Assembly (NCBI GenBank): GCA_964291285.2
Contig: OZ219785.1
Location: 128,001-192,000 of the forward strand
DNA: 64,000 nucleotides
Origin: Alphaproteobacteria bacterium
GTDB lineage: Bacteria > Pseudomonadota > Alphaproteobacteria > Bin95
Direction of reading: 5' to 3'
Shown here: piece by piece, positions 38,686 through 48,485 of the stretch
Layout of the letters: every line of letters begins with the position of its first letter
Position numbering within the stretch: the stretch's first letter is position 1
Notes under the pieces: generated by a model
Told to the model about the DNA's origin: nothing
The model's database searches: none
Seen by the model: the letters and a program-made list of their open reading frames with translations, nothing else
Position numbers and translations under genes: made by a program

Positions 38686-41415
38686 ATGGCGCGCGGGACG
38701 AAAACAGGGCCCAAATCCGTCGAAACCCTGACGCACGGCGAGGCGTCCAGGCGGAACATTCCGACGGCGGAATACCATCCCGTCCTGTCGGAGGAGGACA
38801 AGGCACCGGTCCGCGTGGCCTGGGAGCGCCGCAACCGCGATCTCGACCCGCAGCTCGTCTGGCGCGGCAAGGACGAGCAGGACGCCGCCGACCTCGTCGT
38901 CCAGGCGCCGCCACTCTATATCCAGGAGAAGGTGCACCCCAAGGCGCTGGTGGACGACCTGCTGCGGCAGACGAAGGAGCGCCGCGACGAGGGGGCAGAA
39001 GCGGCGCCGGACCTGTTCGCCGATTTCAACGGCCTGCCGAGCGAGGATGCGCGCACCGAGTTCTACCGCCACGACGCCAACTGGTCGAACCGCATGATCC
39101 TGGGCGACAGCCTGCAGGTCATGGCGAGTCTTGCCGAGCGCGAAGGCCTGCGCGGCAGGGTGCAGTGCATCTATATCGACCCGCCCTACGGCATCAGGTT
39201 CAACTCCAACTTCCAGTGGTCCACCACCAGCCGCGACGTGAAGGACGGCAACGCCGCCCACATCACCCGCGAACCGGAGCAGGTGAAGGCCTTCCGCGAC
39301 ACCTGGCGCGACGGCATCCACTCCTACCTCACCTATCTCCGCGACCGGCTGACCGTGGCGCGGGAACTGCTGACGGAGAGCGGCTCGGTCTTCGTGCAGA
39401 TCGGGGACGAGAATGTTCACCGTGTCCGGGCAGTGATGGATGAGGTGTTTGGTGAGGGGAACTTTATTAGCCTGATAAGCTATTCCACGACCACCGGTAG
39501 AACATCTTCGTTTGTTCCGAATGTTAACGATTACCTTCTTTGGTTTGCGAAGAATGTGAGCAGAACAAAATACAGGAAAGTGTTTGTTAATTCAATTAAC
39601 GGAGAGCAATCTGAGATAGAGCACGCAGGGACATTTGAAACTAGAGACCTGACGTCTCAGGGAGCGGCTAGTCAAAAACAACCGTTCTTTTTTCAAAATG
39701 AGGTATTTTTCCCAGCTGTTGCACGCCATTGGAGTAATGATCATATTACAGGCATGCCCCGACTTGCTAAATCTGGAAGAATAGTTAAGGTTAGCAAGAC
39801 ACAAATTCGTGCAAAAATTTACAAAAATGAGCAGACGGCTACTTTACTTACCAATCGATGGCTAGATACTCAATTTGGTGCATTTGCAAGGGATAAAATT
39901 TATGTTGTGCAAACCGCTACACGGGTCATTCAACGCTGCATCCTGATGACCACCGACCCCGGCGATCTGGTGCTGGACCCGACCTGCGGCTCCGGCACTG
40001 CGGCCCATGTCGCCGAGCAGTGGGGGCGGCGGTGGGTCGCCATCGACACTTCCCGCGTCGCCCTCGCGCTGGCCCGCGCCCGCATCATGGGCGCGCGCTA
40101 TCCCTGGTATCTCCTCGCCGACAGCCCGGAAGGGCGGCGCAAGGAAGCGGAGATCGCCCGCCAGTCGCCCCCGGAGACGCCGACGGGCAGCGACATCCGC
40201 CAGGGCTTCGTCTATGAGCGGGTGCCGCACATCACCCTCAAATCCATCGCCAACAACGCCGAAATCGACGTGATCTGGGAGAAGTGGCAGCAGACCCTGG
40301 AGCCGCTCCGCGCCCGGCTCAACGCGGCCCTCGGCAGGCAGTGGGAAGAATGGGAAATCCCGCGCACTGCGGGCGAGAGCTGGCCTAGCGCTGCCGCCGC
40401 CGCACATGCCGCATGGTGGGAGGCGCGCATCGCCCGGCAGAAGGAAATCGACGCCGCCATCGCCGCCAGGGCCGAGCATGAATATCTCTACGACAAACCC
40501 TATGTCGACAATTCCCGCATCCGCGTCGCCGGCCCCTTCACCGTCGAGAGCCTGGCGCCGCACCGGATGCTGGCGGTGGACGAGAATGACGAACCCTTCA
40601 CCGGGCTTTCCGACCGGAAGCTCGGCTATGGCGAGGCGCCGAACTTCACCGACATGATCCTGGAGAATCTCAGGACGGCCGGCGTCCAGCAGGCGCATAA
40701 GGAGGACCGCATCGCCTTCGCCGCGCTCACGCCCTGGCCCGGCCGCTATGTCTGCGCCGAGGGCCGCTATGTGGAAGGCGGCGGCGAGAACGGCGCCACA
40801 CGGCGCGCCGGCGTCTTCATCGGCCCCGAATTCGGCACCGTGGCGCGGCCGGACCTTGTCGCCGCCGCGCGCGAGGCCGCCGACGCCGGGTTCGATGTGC
40901 TGGTTGCCTGCGCCTTCAGCTACGACGCCCATGCCGCCGAGTTCGAGAAGCTCGGGCGCATCCCGGTGCTCAAGGCGCGCATGAACGCTGACCTGCACAT
41001 GGCCGGCGATCTCAAGAACACCGGCAAGGGCAACCTCTTTGTCATCTTCGGCGAGCCCGATATCGATATCCTGGACGACGGGGACGAGAATATCCGGGTG
41101 CGCATCAACGGCGTCGATGTCTTCCACCCCAACACCGGCGAGGTGCGCAGCGACGGCCCCGACGGCATCGCCTGCTGGTTCGTCGATACCGACTACAACG
41201 AGGAGAGCTTCTTCGTCCGCCACGCCTATTTCCTCGGCGCCAACGATCCCTACAAGGCGCTCAAGACAACGCTCAAGGCCGAGATCGACCCCGACGCCTG
41301 GGCCACCCTCAACAGCGACACCTCCCGCCCGTTCCCCAAACCCGCCTCCGGCCGCATCGCCGTCAAGGTCATCAACCACCTCGGCGACGAGGCGATGAAG
41401 GTTTTCCGGGTGTGA
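38686..41415 (+). CDS. mod: Type III Mod adenine methyltransferase
   Basis: IYIDPPYG motif IV, VLDPTCGSGT motif I, variable TRD between them. Confidence 0.93.
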   Translation: MARGTKTGPKSVETLTHGEASRRNIPTAEYHPVLSEEDKAPVRVAWERRNRDLDPQLVWRGKDEQDAADLVVQAPPLYIQEKVHPKALVDDLLRQTKERRDEGAEAAPDLFADFNGLPSEDARTEFYRHDANWSNRMILGDSLQVMASLAEREGLRGRVQCIYIDPPYGIRFNSNFQWSTTSRDVKDGNAAHITREPEQVKAFRDTWRDGIHSYLTYLRDRLTVARELLTESGSVFVQIGDENVHRVRAVMDEVFGEGNFISLISYSTTTGRTSSFVPNVNDYLLWFAKNVSRTKYRKVFVNSINGEQSEIEHAGTFETRDLTSQGAASQKQPFFFQNEVFFPAVARHWSNDHITGMPRLAKSGRIVKVSKTQIRAKIYKNEQTATLLTNRWLDTQFGAFARDKIYVVQTATRVIQRCILMTTDPGDLVLDPTCGSGTAAHVAEQWGRRWVAIDTSRVALALARARIMGARYPWYLLADSPEGRRKEAEIARQSPPETPTGSDIRQGFVYERVPHITLKSIANNAEIDVIWEKWQQTLEPLRARLNAALGRQWEEWEIPRTAGESWPSAAAAAHAAWWEARIARQKEIDAAIAARAEHEYLYDKPYVDNSRIRVAGPFTVESLAPHRMLAVDENDEPFTGLSDRKLGYGEAPNFTDMILENLRTAGVQQAHKEDRIAFAALTPWPGRYVCAEGRYVEGGGENGATRRAGVFIGPEFGTVARPDLVAAAREAADAGFDVLVACAFSYDAHAAEFEKLGRIPVLKARMNADLHMAGDLKNTGKGNLFVIFGEPDIDILDDGDENIRVRINGVDVFHPNTGEVRSDGPDGIACWFVDTDYNEESFFVRHAYFLGANDPYKALKTTLKAEIDPDAWATLNSDTSRPFPKPASGRIAVKVINHLGDEAMKVFRV

Positions 41416-41472
41416 CATGGGCCGCAGAGCGAGGAATATCCGCGCGGGAACGTTATTGGAGAATACCGGGAA

Positions 41473-42987
41473 ATGACTGACCGAACCGTGGACGAGTCCC
41501 TTGAACTCGAGGTGAACGATTTCGGGCCGATCGTTGAGGCGAAAGTAGACCTGCGCCCGCTGACGGTGTTCGTGGGCCCGAGCAATACGGGTAAATCTTA
41601 TCTGGCGATTCTCATATACGGACTGCATCGAGTGTTCGGCGGCGACTCATTTCTCGCGAGAAGAAAATTCCATAGAATATCCCGGTTTTTATTGGGACAA
41701 GGTGGTCGGGAATTGTCGGAAAGGAATGTTGAAGCTCTGCTTGATCTGGCAAATTTTTTCTCTGAATATCAAAAATCTAAGAACGACGAAAGTATTGCAT
41801 TGTCTCCATTAGCCGGCGAAGCTCTTCGCTCTGTATTCGGTGAGCTGGCAGACGAATTTTCCGATGAAATCGGTCGATGTTTCGGAGTCGGAGAAGCTTA
41901 TTCACTGATCCGACGAGGCCCAAAAAGGGAATCGCGCATTGTAATGAGGAGAAGCATATTCGGTCAATCTGATCTTGCAGAACATACAATTTCCCTCGCC
42001 CGGAATTCTGAATTCAAAGCTATGGTTCCTGATAAAATTCCAATCCCGATTGATTTCGAGAATCGGGGAAATATGAGCCGATTTTTGCGTGCGTTAACAT
42101 ATCATCTTGAAAAAGAAACAACTCGTGAATCTCGTCGCGAACTTGCGGCTTTGGAGATTTTGCCATTAGTCAGCAACCTAGTACTTTCATCGTTGATCGG
42201 TCCCTTGCGCTTGCCAGCATTTTATCTGCCCGCCGACCGGACCGGCATCATGCACGCCCACAGCGTGGTGGTTAGCGCTCTGATTGCAAGTGCGCCTGCT
42301 GCGGGGTTGCGGCCTGCCACCGGCACACCGATGCTGTCCGGGGTGCTGGCGGATTTCCTTGGACAGTTGATCGAAACTGCCCAATCTGCGCGTCTCCATC
42401 AAAAACAGAAACAGGATCTTGGCAAGGGTATCGAGAACGCCATTCTGGACGGTTCGGTTCGCATCGACCGCTTGGCTCCTGTCGATTATCCACGCTTTGC
42501 CTACCGGCCGCGCGGCTGGAAGGCCGACCTGCCATTAGCCAACGCATCATCCATGGTTTCGGAACTTGCGCCCGTGGTATTGTATCTTCGCCATGTGATC
42601 GAGCCGGGCAATATCCTGATCATTGAGGAACCGGAATCGCACCTGCACCCGGCGATGCAGGTCGTGTTCACCCGCCAACTTGCTGCGCTCATTGAGGTGG
42701 GAGTCCGGGTGATCGTCACCACCCACAGCGAATGGCTGCTGGAAGAGCTGGCGAATATTGTGCGGCGGTCGAAGCTCTCCAAGGCAGACCGCGGCGATAA
42801 CATCGCACTGCGTCCCGACCAAGTGGGTGTATGGCTGTTCAAGCCGAAGACAAGGCCCAAGGGTTCGGTGGTCAAGGAGATACGCTTGGAAGACTCCGGC
42901 CTGTATCCCTCCGGCTTCGATGATGTTGCAAGCGCCCTGCACAATGATTGGGCCGACACGGAAAGTCGCATTGAGGCCGGCTCGTGA
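41473..42987 (+). CDS. ABC-type ATPase (AAA_15/AAA_21-like)
   Basis: GPSNTGKS, SSMVSE signature, IIEEPESHLHP, VTTHS. Confidence 0.88.
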   Translation: MTDRTVDESLELEVNDFGPIVEAKVDLRPLTVFVGPSNTGKSYLAILIYGLHRVFGGDSFLARRKFHRISRFLLGQGGRELSERNVEALLDLANFFSEYQKSKNDESIALSPLAGEALRSVFGELADEFSDEIGRCFGVGEAYSLIRRGPKRESRIVMRRSIFGQSDLAEHTISLARNSEFKAMVPDKIPIPIDFENRGNMSRFLRALTYHLEKETTRESRRELAALEILPLVSNLVLSSLIGPLRLPAFYLPADRTGIMHAHSVVVSALIASAPAAGLRPATGTPMLSGVLADFLGQLIETAQSARLHQKQKQDLGKGIENAILDGSVRIDRLAPVDYPRFAYRPRGWKADLPLANASSMVSELAPVVLYLRHVIEPGNILIIEEPESHLHPAMQVVFTRQLAALIEVGVRVIVTTHSEWLLEELANIVRRSKLSKADRGDNIALRPDQVGVWLFKPKTRPKGSVVKEIRLEDSGLYPSGFDDVASALHNDWADTESRIEAGS

Positions 42988-43445
42988 CGGCGCTATTGGA
43001 CGACATCCGCAGGAAGATCGGGGAAAGTTGTTTTGTAAAGAAGTTGAGCAAGGACGGATGCCGGGTTGTGATGTCTGACGCGCCCACTCCCAGACTGGTC
43101 GTCGATTTCGATAAACCTGAATCGCCGCTAGCGGCGGATGAAATGCGCTGCGATTACCTATTGGTTGCCGAAGGTAAAGATACGCAGGGGTGGGTTATGG
43201 TTCTTGAGTTGAAGCGGGGACAGTTGCACGCGGATCAGGTCGCCAGCCAATTGCAGGCAGGTGCGTCTGCTGCCGAGAAGCTCATGTCTTCAGGCCATGC
43301 AATCCGGTTTCGCCCGATCGCCGTCTCTGGCAGAACGTCCATACATGAACGAAAACAGCTGAGAAAAAAAATCAGGTTCCACAAACACAGGGAACCCATC
43401 GTAAGGATGTCGTGTGGAGCCAAGCTGACAACAGCACTTCGCTAA
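42984..43445 (+). CDS. Small putative PD-(D/E)XK-like protein coupled to the ATPase
   Basis: GTGA overlap; RCDYLL...VLELKRG...QL. Confidence 0.6.
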   Translation: MTALLDDIRRKIGESCFVKKLSKDGCRVVMSDAPTPRLVVDFDKPESPLAADEMRCDYLLVAEGKDTQGWVMVLELKRGQLHADQVASQLQAGASAAEKLMSSGHAIRFRPIAVSGRTSIHERKQLRKKIRFHKHREPIVRMSCGAKLTTALR

Positions 43446-43499
43446 TGAAGCATATAGGAGACTATCGATGTCGCTCTACCGCTTGCAGCATCAATACGG

Positions 43500-43816
43500 T
43501 GTCAGCGGCCGCTCGCCTCTTACCTGTTATCTCCCGAAAACCATCTTCGATCCGACATTTCGTGGTCGGACGGGAAGTTGCCATGCGGCTTCAGACGATC
43601 CGCGAATCCTTCGGCAACGCGGAAGAGATTGATGAATCGCCCGACCGAGCACCTTCGAAGCGCATCGAGGGTCTGTACCCCGGATACCCAAAACCGCTCC
43701 TGGGGACTCTGGGCGCTCTCGAAATCGGTCTGCCGGGAATTCGTGCGGCGTGTCCGCATTTCTCCAGCTGGGTAAGCCGTCTGGAGGATCTGCCGGCGAC
43801 CCTTGGAGCGGAGTAA
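43500..43816 (+). pseudogene. DUF4276-like C-terminal remnant
   Basis: EEIDESPDRAPSKRI..YPK..GLPGIRAACPHFSSW; no coherent N-terminus. Left boundary approximate. Confidence 0.55.
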
Positions 43817-43827
43817 TTTCGATCCCG

Positions 43828-45915
43828 ATGGAATTCCGCATCGCCGATACCTTCACAGCGAGCCTCGCCAAGTTGACCGGGGACGAGCAGAAGGCCGCGA
43901 AGACCACGGCCTTCGACCTGCAGGTGGACCCGTCGGCGCCGGGCCTCTCGTTTCACCGGATCGACCGCGCCAGGGACCGAAACTTCTGGTCGGTCCGGGT
44001 CAGCCGGGACATCCGGCTGATCGTGCATCGCACCGCATCGAGCGTCATGCTCGTCCATGTCGGCCGTCACGATGCCGCGTATCGCTGGGCGGAGCGGCGG
44101 CGGATCGAGCGGCATCCCAGGACCGGCGCGGCCCAGATCGTCGAGATTCGCGAGACCGTGCGCGAGATCGAGCTTGCGCGCTCCGTCGTCGCCGAAGCGC
44201 CGGACGGCGCGCGGTCCGCGACCAGGCCCGCGCTCTTCGCCGACATGGCCGACGATCAACTGTTGGGATACGGCGTACCCGAAGCCTGGCTGGACGACGT
44301 GCGCAGCGCGGACGAGGACACTCTGCTCGACCTCGCCGATCACCTGCCGGCGGAGGCGGCCGAAGCGCTGCTGGAGATTGCCACCGGCGGCACGCCGGAA
44401 CGGCCGGTACATGCGGCCGCCGACACCGACCCTTTCGCCCACCCGGATGCGCAGCGCCGTTTCCGGCTGGTGGAGAATATCGCCGAACTGGAGCGCGCTC
44501 TCGAATATCCGTGGGAGAAGTGGACAGTCTTTCTGCATCCGGCGCAACGCCGCATCGTCGAAAACGAATACGGCGGCCCGGCCCGCGTCTCCGGTTCGGC
44601 CGGCACCGGGAAAACCATCGTCGCCCTTCACCGCGCCGTTCATCTGGCCGGGGCCTACCCGGATGCCCGCATTCTTCTCGCCACCTTTTCCGAGACGCTC
44701 GCGGACGCGCTTCGCGTGAGGCTGCGGTGCCTGGTGCACAACCGGCCGAGTATCGCGGAGCGCTTGGAAGTGCAGTCGATGGGCGGCATCGGCCGGCACC
44801 TCCACGAAGCCAATTTCGGCCCGCCTCGCCTCGCTGACGACGAAGAGATACGCCTCCTCGTCGCCCAGGCCGCCGCGGGAAAGGAGCACGGATTAAGCCC
44901 GCATTTCCTGTGGACCGAGTGGAGCCGGGTGGTGGATGCATGGCAACTGGAAAGCTGGGAAGACTATCGGGACGTGATGCGGCTCGGCCGCAAGACCCGT
45001 CTCGCGGAGGCCCGGCGCAAGGCGCTCTGGCCGATTTTCTCGGCGGTGCGTCAGAGCCTCGACGAGCGCGGGCTGCTCACCGAACCCCGCATGTTCCGGC
45101 GCCTGGAACGGCACTTCGCCGGGGCAGCGCATTCGCCGTTCGAGTTCTGCGTGATCGACGAGGCCCAGGACATCGACGTTGCGGCGCTGCGTTTCCTCTC
45201 CGCCATCGGCGGCGGTCGACGCAACAGCCTCTTCTTCGCCGGCGATCTCGGCCAGCGCATTTTCCGTACCCCCTTCTCCTGGCGAGCGCTGGGAGTGGAC
45301 GTGCGCGGACGTTCCCACACGCTCCGTGTCAATTACCGGACATCCCATCAGATTCGCCGGCAGGCCGATCTCCTGCTGCCGTCCGAGATCGCCGACGTGG
45401 ACGGGATCACGGAAGAGCGGGCCAGCACGGTCTCCGCGTTCAACGGGCCGGAACCGCGCATCAGGGTTTTCGGATCGCCGGACGAAGAAGCTGCGGCCGT
45501 CGCCGACTGGCTTGCCGCGCGACGGCAGGACGGCTGCGTATCTCGCGAAATGGCCGTGTTCGTCAGATCCGGGGCGGAGGTGCCGCGGGCACGGGAAGCC
45601 GTCCGGCTCGCGGGCTTGCCGACCGTGGAATTGAGCTGGCGCTCGGACGGCACACCCGACGGGGTCACGGTGGGAACGATGCACCTCGCCAAGGGCCTGG
45701 AGTTCCGCACGGTAGCCGTCGTCGCTTGTGACGATGACATTCTGCCTCTCCAGTCGCGCATCGAGAGCGTCGCCGACCCGGCCGATCTGGAGGACGCCTA
45801 CGGCACGGAACGGCACCTGCTCTATGTCGCCTGCACTCGCGCCCGCGACCACCTCTTGGTGACAGGCGTCAGCCCGGCGTCCGAGTTCCTCGACGATCTG
45901 CGGTGCAACACATGA
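43828..45915 (+). CDS. UvrD-like SF1 helicase with RelE/ParE-like N-terminal domain
   Basis: FRIADTF...PGLSFHRI...WSVRVSRDIRLIV; GSAGTGKT, IDEAQD, GDLGQRIF, NYRT, TMHLAKGLEF, LYVACTRARD. Confidence 0.88.
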   Translation: MEFRIADTFTASLAKLTGDEQKAAKTTAFDLQVDPSAPGLSFHRIDRARDRNFWSVRVSRDIRLIVHRTASSVMLVHVGRHDAAYRWAERRRIERHPRTGAAQIVEIRETVREIELARSVVAEAPDGARSATRPALFADMADDQLLGYGVPEAWLDDVRSADEDTLLDLADHLPAEAAEALLEIATGGTPERPVHAAADTDPFAHPDAQRRFRLVENIAELERALEYPWEKWTVFLHPAQRRIVENEYGGPARVSGSAGTGKTIVALHRAVHLAGAYPDARILLATFSETLADALRVRLRCLVHNRPSIAERLEVQSMGGIGRHLHEANFGPPRLADDEEIRLLVAQAAAGKEHGLSPHFLWTEWSRVVDAWQLESWEDYRDVMRLGRKTRLAEARRKALWPIFSAVRQSLDERGLLTEPRMFRRLERHFAGAAHSPFEFCVIDEAQDIDVAALRFLSAIGGGRRNSLFFAGDLGQRIFRTPFSWRALGVDVRGRSHTLRVNYRTSHQIRRQADLLLPSEIADVDGITEERASTVSAFNGPEPRIRVFGSPDEEAAAVADWLAARRQDGCVSREMAVFVRSGAEVPRAREAVRLAGLPTVELSWRSDGTPDGVTVGTMHLAKGLEFRTVAVVACDDDILPLQSRIESVADPADLEDAYGTERHLLYVACTRARDHLLVTGVSPASEFLDDLRCNT

Positions 45916-46093
45916 CGCCGCCTCTCGGAGCGGCAGCAGAGGCGGTGCGCGGTCCTCACGGCTCGCTTGCCGCGACGATCCGGCTGTCGTGCTGATATAG
46001 TGTTGATACGTTTCTGGAAATATCCTGTGTTCTCACTGTAATGGATTGTAATTGCTGTATTAATTCAGACCATTATCCGTCATGCCATTCAAA

Positions 46094-46203
46094 TCAAACG
46101 CTTCAAACGCATCGCCCTGCGCTGCGAAAAGACCGCCACAAACTTCAGCTCCTTCGTCGCACTCGCCGCTGCCTTCATCTTGATCAAATCCGTCCACAGG
46201 ACC
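46094..46203 (+). mobile_element. IS5-family element, right part
   Basis: KRFKRIALRCEKTATNFSSFVALAA...VHRT*; IRR reverse-complements to GGTCCTGTGGACG, matching the IRL at 9442; followed by TA. Confidence 0.88.
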
Positions 46204-46347
46204 TAGTGCGGTATCGAACTTGCCGTTCATCACCATCACCCGCGCATGCACGACGGTGGGATCGGACGAGAGAGGCGATTGGGCATCCGCGGTTGCCGGC
46301 AACAGCACGGCCAGCATGAGGAGAAGCGCGCGGAGGAGAGTCTTCAT
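46204..46347 (-). pseudogene. Secreted protein N-terminus truncated by IS5 (probably Slam, by synteny)
   Basis: Signal peptide MKTLLRALLLMLAVLLPATADA; mirrors the position of the slam gene in the opposite operon. Confidence 0.45.
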
Positions 46348-46480
46348 GAGGCCTGGCCAGCCGTTGGGAAAGCAGCAAATGGAAAAAAGAAGGGCAGCCG
46401 TGCTACGGCTGCCCTCGCTGCCCGCCATGGCCCTGCCGAACATGGTTCGGCAGGGCCGGGGAGGCAGAGCCGTCGAACGA

Positions 46481-48397
46481 CTATTCGGCCGCTTCCTTGT
46501 GGGTGACGAACGCGCCGCCCATGGTCAGCGAGTAGTTGTCCTCATTGTCGCGCTCGGTGGTCAGACCGAACGTGCCGGCAGCGGAGCCTGGCTGTACGGA
46601 CCCGTCGGCGTCCGTGGCAGGACCGTAGAACTGACCGTTCCAGTAGCCCGTCAGGCCGTGACCGTTGGCGTGACCGCTGGCGCCGGCATTGAACCGAAGG
46701 GTCGAACCGTCAATCACCTGCGGTGGGTCATCGTCATTCATCCCCATAGCAAGCGCTGCCGACTCGAAGTTGACGGACCAGTCTTCAGCCTGCCCGTTGG
46801 CGACGAAGTTGCTCAGATCGCCCTGGATCGAACCCGCCGCATCAGCGGCGCCGAAGTCCGCCGTCAACGCTGCGTCTGCGGTGAAGCGGCCGGTCTCCTT
46901 GTGCTCGCCATGCGCTTCGGCATAGCGGCCGAAGGCCTCGCCCGCATAGCTCGCCGTGCCTGTCAGCCCGTTAGCGGCAGTCGCATCGGCCGGCTGGTAG
47001 GGCATGTTGCCGAACACGAACGCACCGATCGCATAGTCGCCTTCCGGATCGTCGGGAGTGGTGAGCCACACGCCCGCGGTGATCCAGTCTGTGTCGGGCG
47101 TATAGACATCCGGCTTGAACACGAGCGTGTCCGAATCCTCCGACGGCGACAACTCGCCGGCTGTATGCTGGTTGACCCGGCAAATGTCGCCTTCGTTGTC
47201 GGTTGTGCCATTCTCGCAGGTGAAGGTGCCTCGGACGCCCATATAGGAGCCCTTGACTCCAGCTGAGGGGATGTCGACTTCCATGCCGTGGCCGACCGTG
47301 ATGCCGTCGAAGGACACCATGTCGGCATCGACCGGAACCTTGGCGGGGGTGCGATCATCAGACGGCCCCCTCGCGATAGCCATCCCGGTGACCGTCCCCG
47401 TATTGTTGGGGTCGAAGTCGGAACGCAGGTCGAGATGGAGGGTCCGACCGCCGGCCAGGGTCTGCTGCAGCTGGAAGTAGCTGAGCCAGATATCGTCCTC
47501 GTCGGCATCCATGTTCTGGGTCGCGCCCATCAGCGCCGGGTCCGTCATCCACTCGGCGGCAGGGTTGAGATCCCAGTCGGCCGTAGCGACGAAGTTCGCG
47601 GTACGGGTAGTGATGACATTACCCTCGTCATCGACCAGAACCGGGTTCATGATCTCCCAAGGATCCCTGAGCTGGTCGAAACCGCCCGGCGGGTTGTCCT
47701 CATCGCCGTTCTCGTCGTTGCTCGTATCGAGGTCCACCACCTGGACTTCCTTGCTGGCATGGTCCTCGCTGGCGCGCACCTCCGAAGGATCGACGCTCAC
47801 GAAGATGTCGCTGACGCCGGTGAGAGGATCGGCATCACCCTGGCTCCCCGGCTCCTCATGCGTCGTGAGGGACGAGGTGACGCCGCCGCCATTGTCCTCG
47901 GCTTCCACCGGCGGTGTAGCAGTAGAATCTGCAGCTACATCGGCCTCATCGTGATAGAGGTTCGACATCAGGTCGCCCCTCTGGGCGGCAGCGAGCAAAG
48001 CGCCCGAGAGGTTCGCGAACGACTGGTAGCCGGTCGCATCGAGCGCGGCGACCGTAGGTTCGGCGCCGGACCACTCGGCGCTGACAGCGCCCTCCTCGTC
48101 GACCGAAACGGTCACCGTGCAGCCGCTGTCGCCTGCCGGGCAGGAGAAGCGGACGCCGGCGACCTTGTAGGTCATGCCTGCCTCAATCTCATGCATACCG
48201 GCTTCCGTGATGCCGTGCCCGCTGGGCAACGTCACCATATTGGCCGTTTCTTGCGTCGCAGGCGGCGGGTCGTCGTTTCCGCCGCCAGGGGAGCCGGAGA
48301 GGCTGGTCTGGCTGCTGCCGCCGCCTCCCCCGCACCCTGCAAGAGCCAGAGCCGAAGCGGCGATTGCCGCGAAGGCCCAATGTTTCATGGTTCTCAT
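46481..48397 (-). CDS. Surface lipoprotein with TbpB-like C-terminal barrel
   Basis: Lipobox LAGC plus Gly/Ser linker; GTASYAGEAFG, FTADAALTADF, WNGQFYG, AAGTF. Confidence 0.85.
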   Translation of the reverse strand: MRTMKHWAFAAIAASALALAGCGGGGGSSQTSLSGSPGGGNDDPPPATQETANMVTLPSGHGITEAGMHEIEAGMTYKVAGVRFSCPAGDSGCTVTVSVDEEGAVSAEWSGAEPTVAALDATGYQSFANLSGALLAAAQRGDLMSNLYHDEADVAADSTATPPVEAEDNGGGVTSSLTTHEEPGSQGDADPLTGVSDIFVSVDPSEVRASEDHASKEVQVVDLDTSNDENGDEDNPPGGFDQLRDPWEIMNPVLVDDEGNVITTRTANFVATADWDLNPAAEWMTDPALMGATQNMDADEDDIWLSYFQLQQTLAGGRTLHLDLRSDFDPNNTGTVTGMAIARGPSDDRTPAKVPVDADMVSFDGITVGHGMEVDIPSAGVKGSYMGVRGTFTCENGTTDNEGDICRVNQHTAGELSPSEDSDTLVFKPDVYTPDTDWITAGVWLTTPDDPEGDYAIGAFVFGNMPYQPADATAANGLTGTASYAGEAFGRYAEAHGEHKETGRFTADAALTADFGAADAAGSIQGDLSNFVANGQAEDWSVNFESAALAMGMNDDDPPQVIDGSTLRFNAGASGHANGHGLTGYWNGQFYGPATDADGSVQPGSAAGTFGLTTERDNEDNYSLTMGGAFVTHKEAAE

Positions 48398-48485
48398 GGA
48401 ACCTTTCTCCTTTCGACCCGGACCGGCTGCGCCGGCCGGGTAAACCGTTTGGACTGTTCCTCCGTTTCGTGGATGTCCGCGCCGA

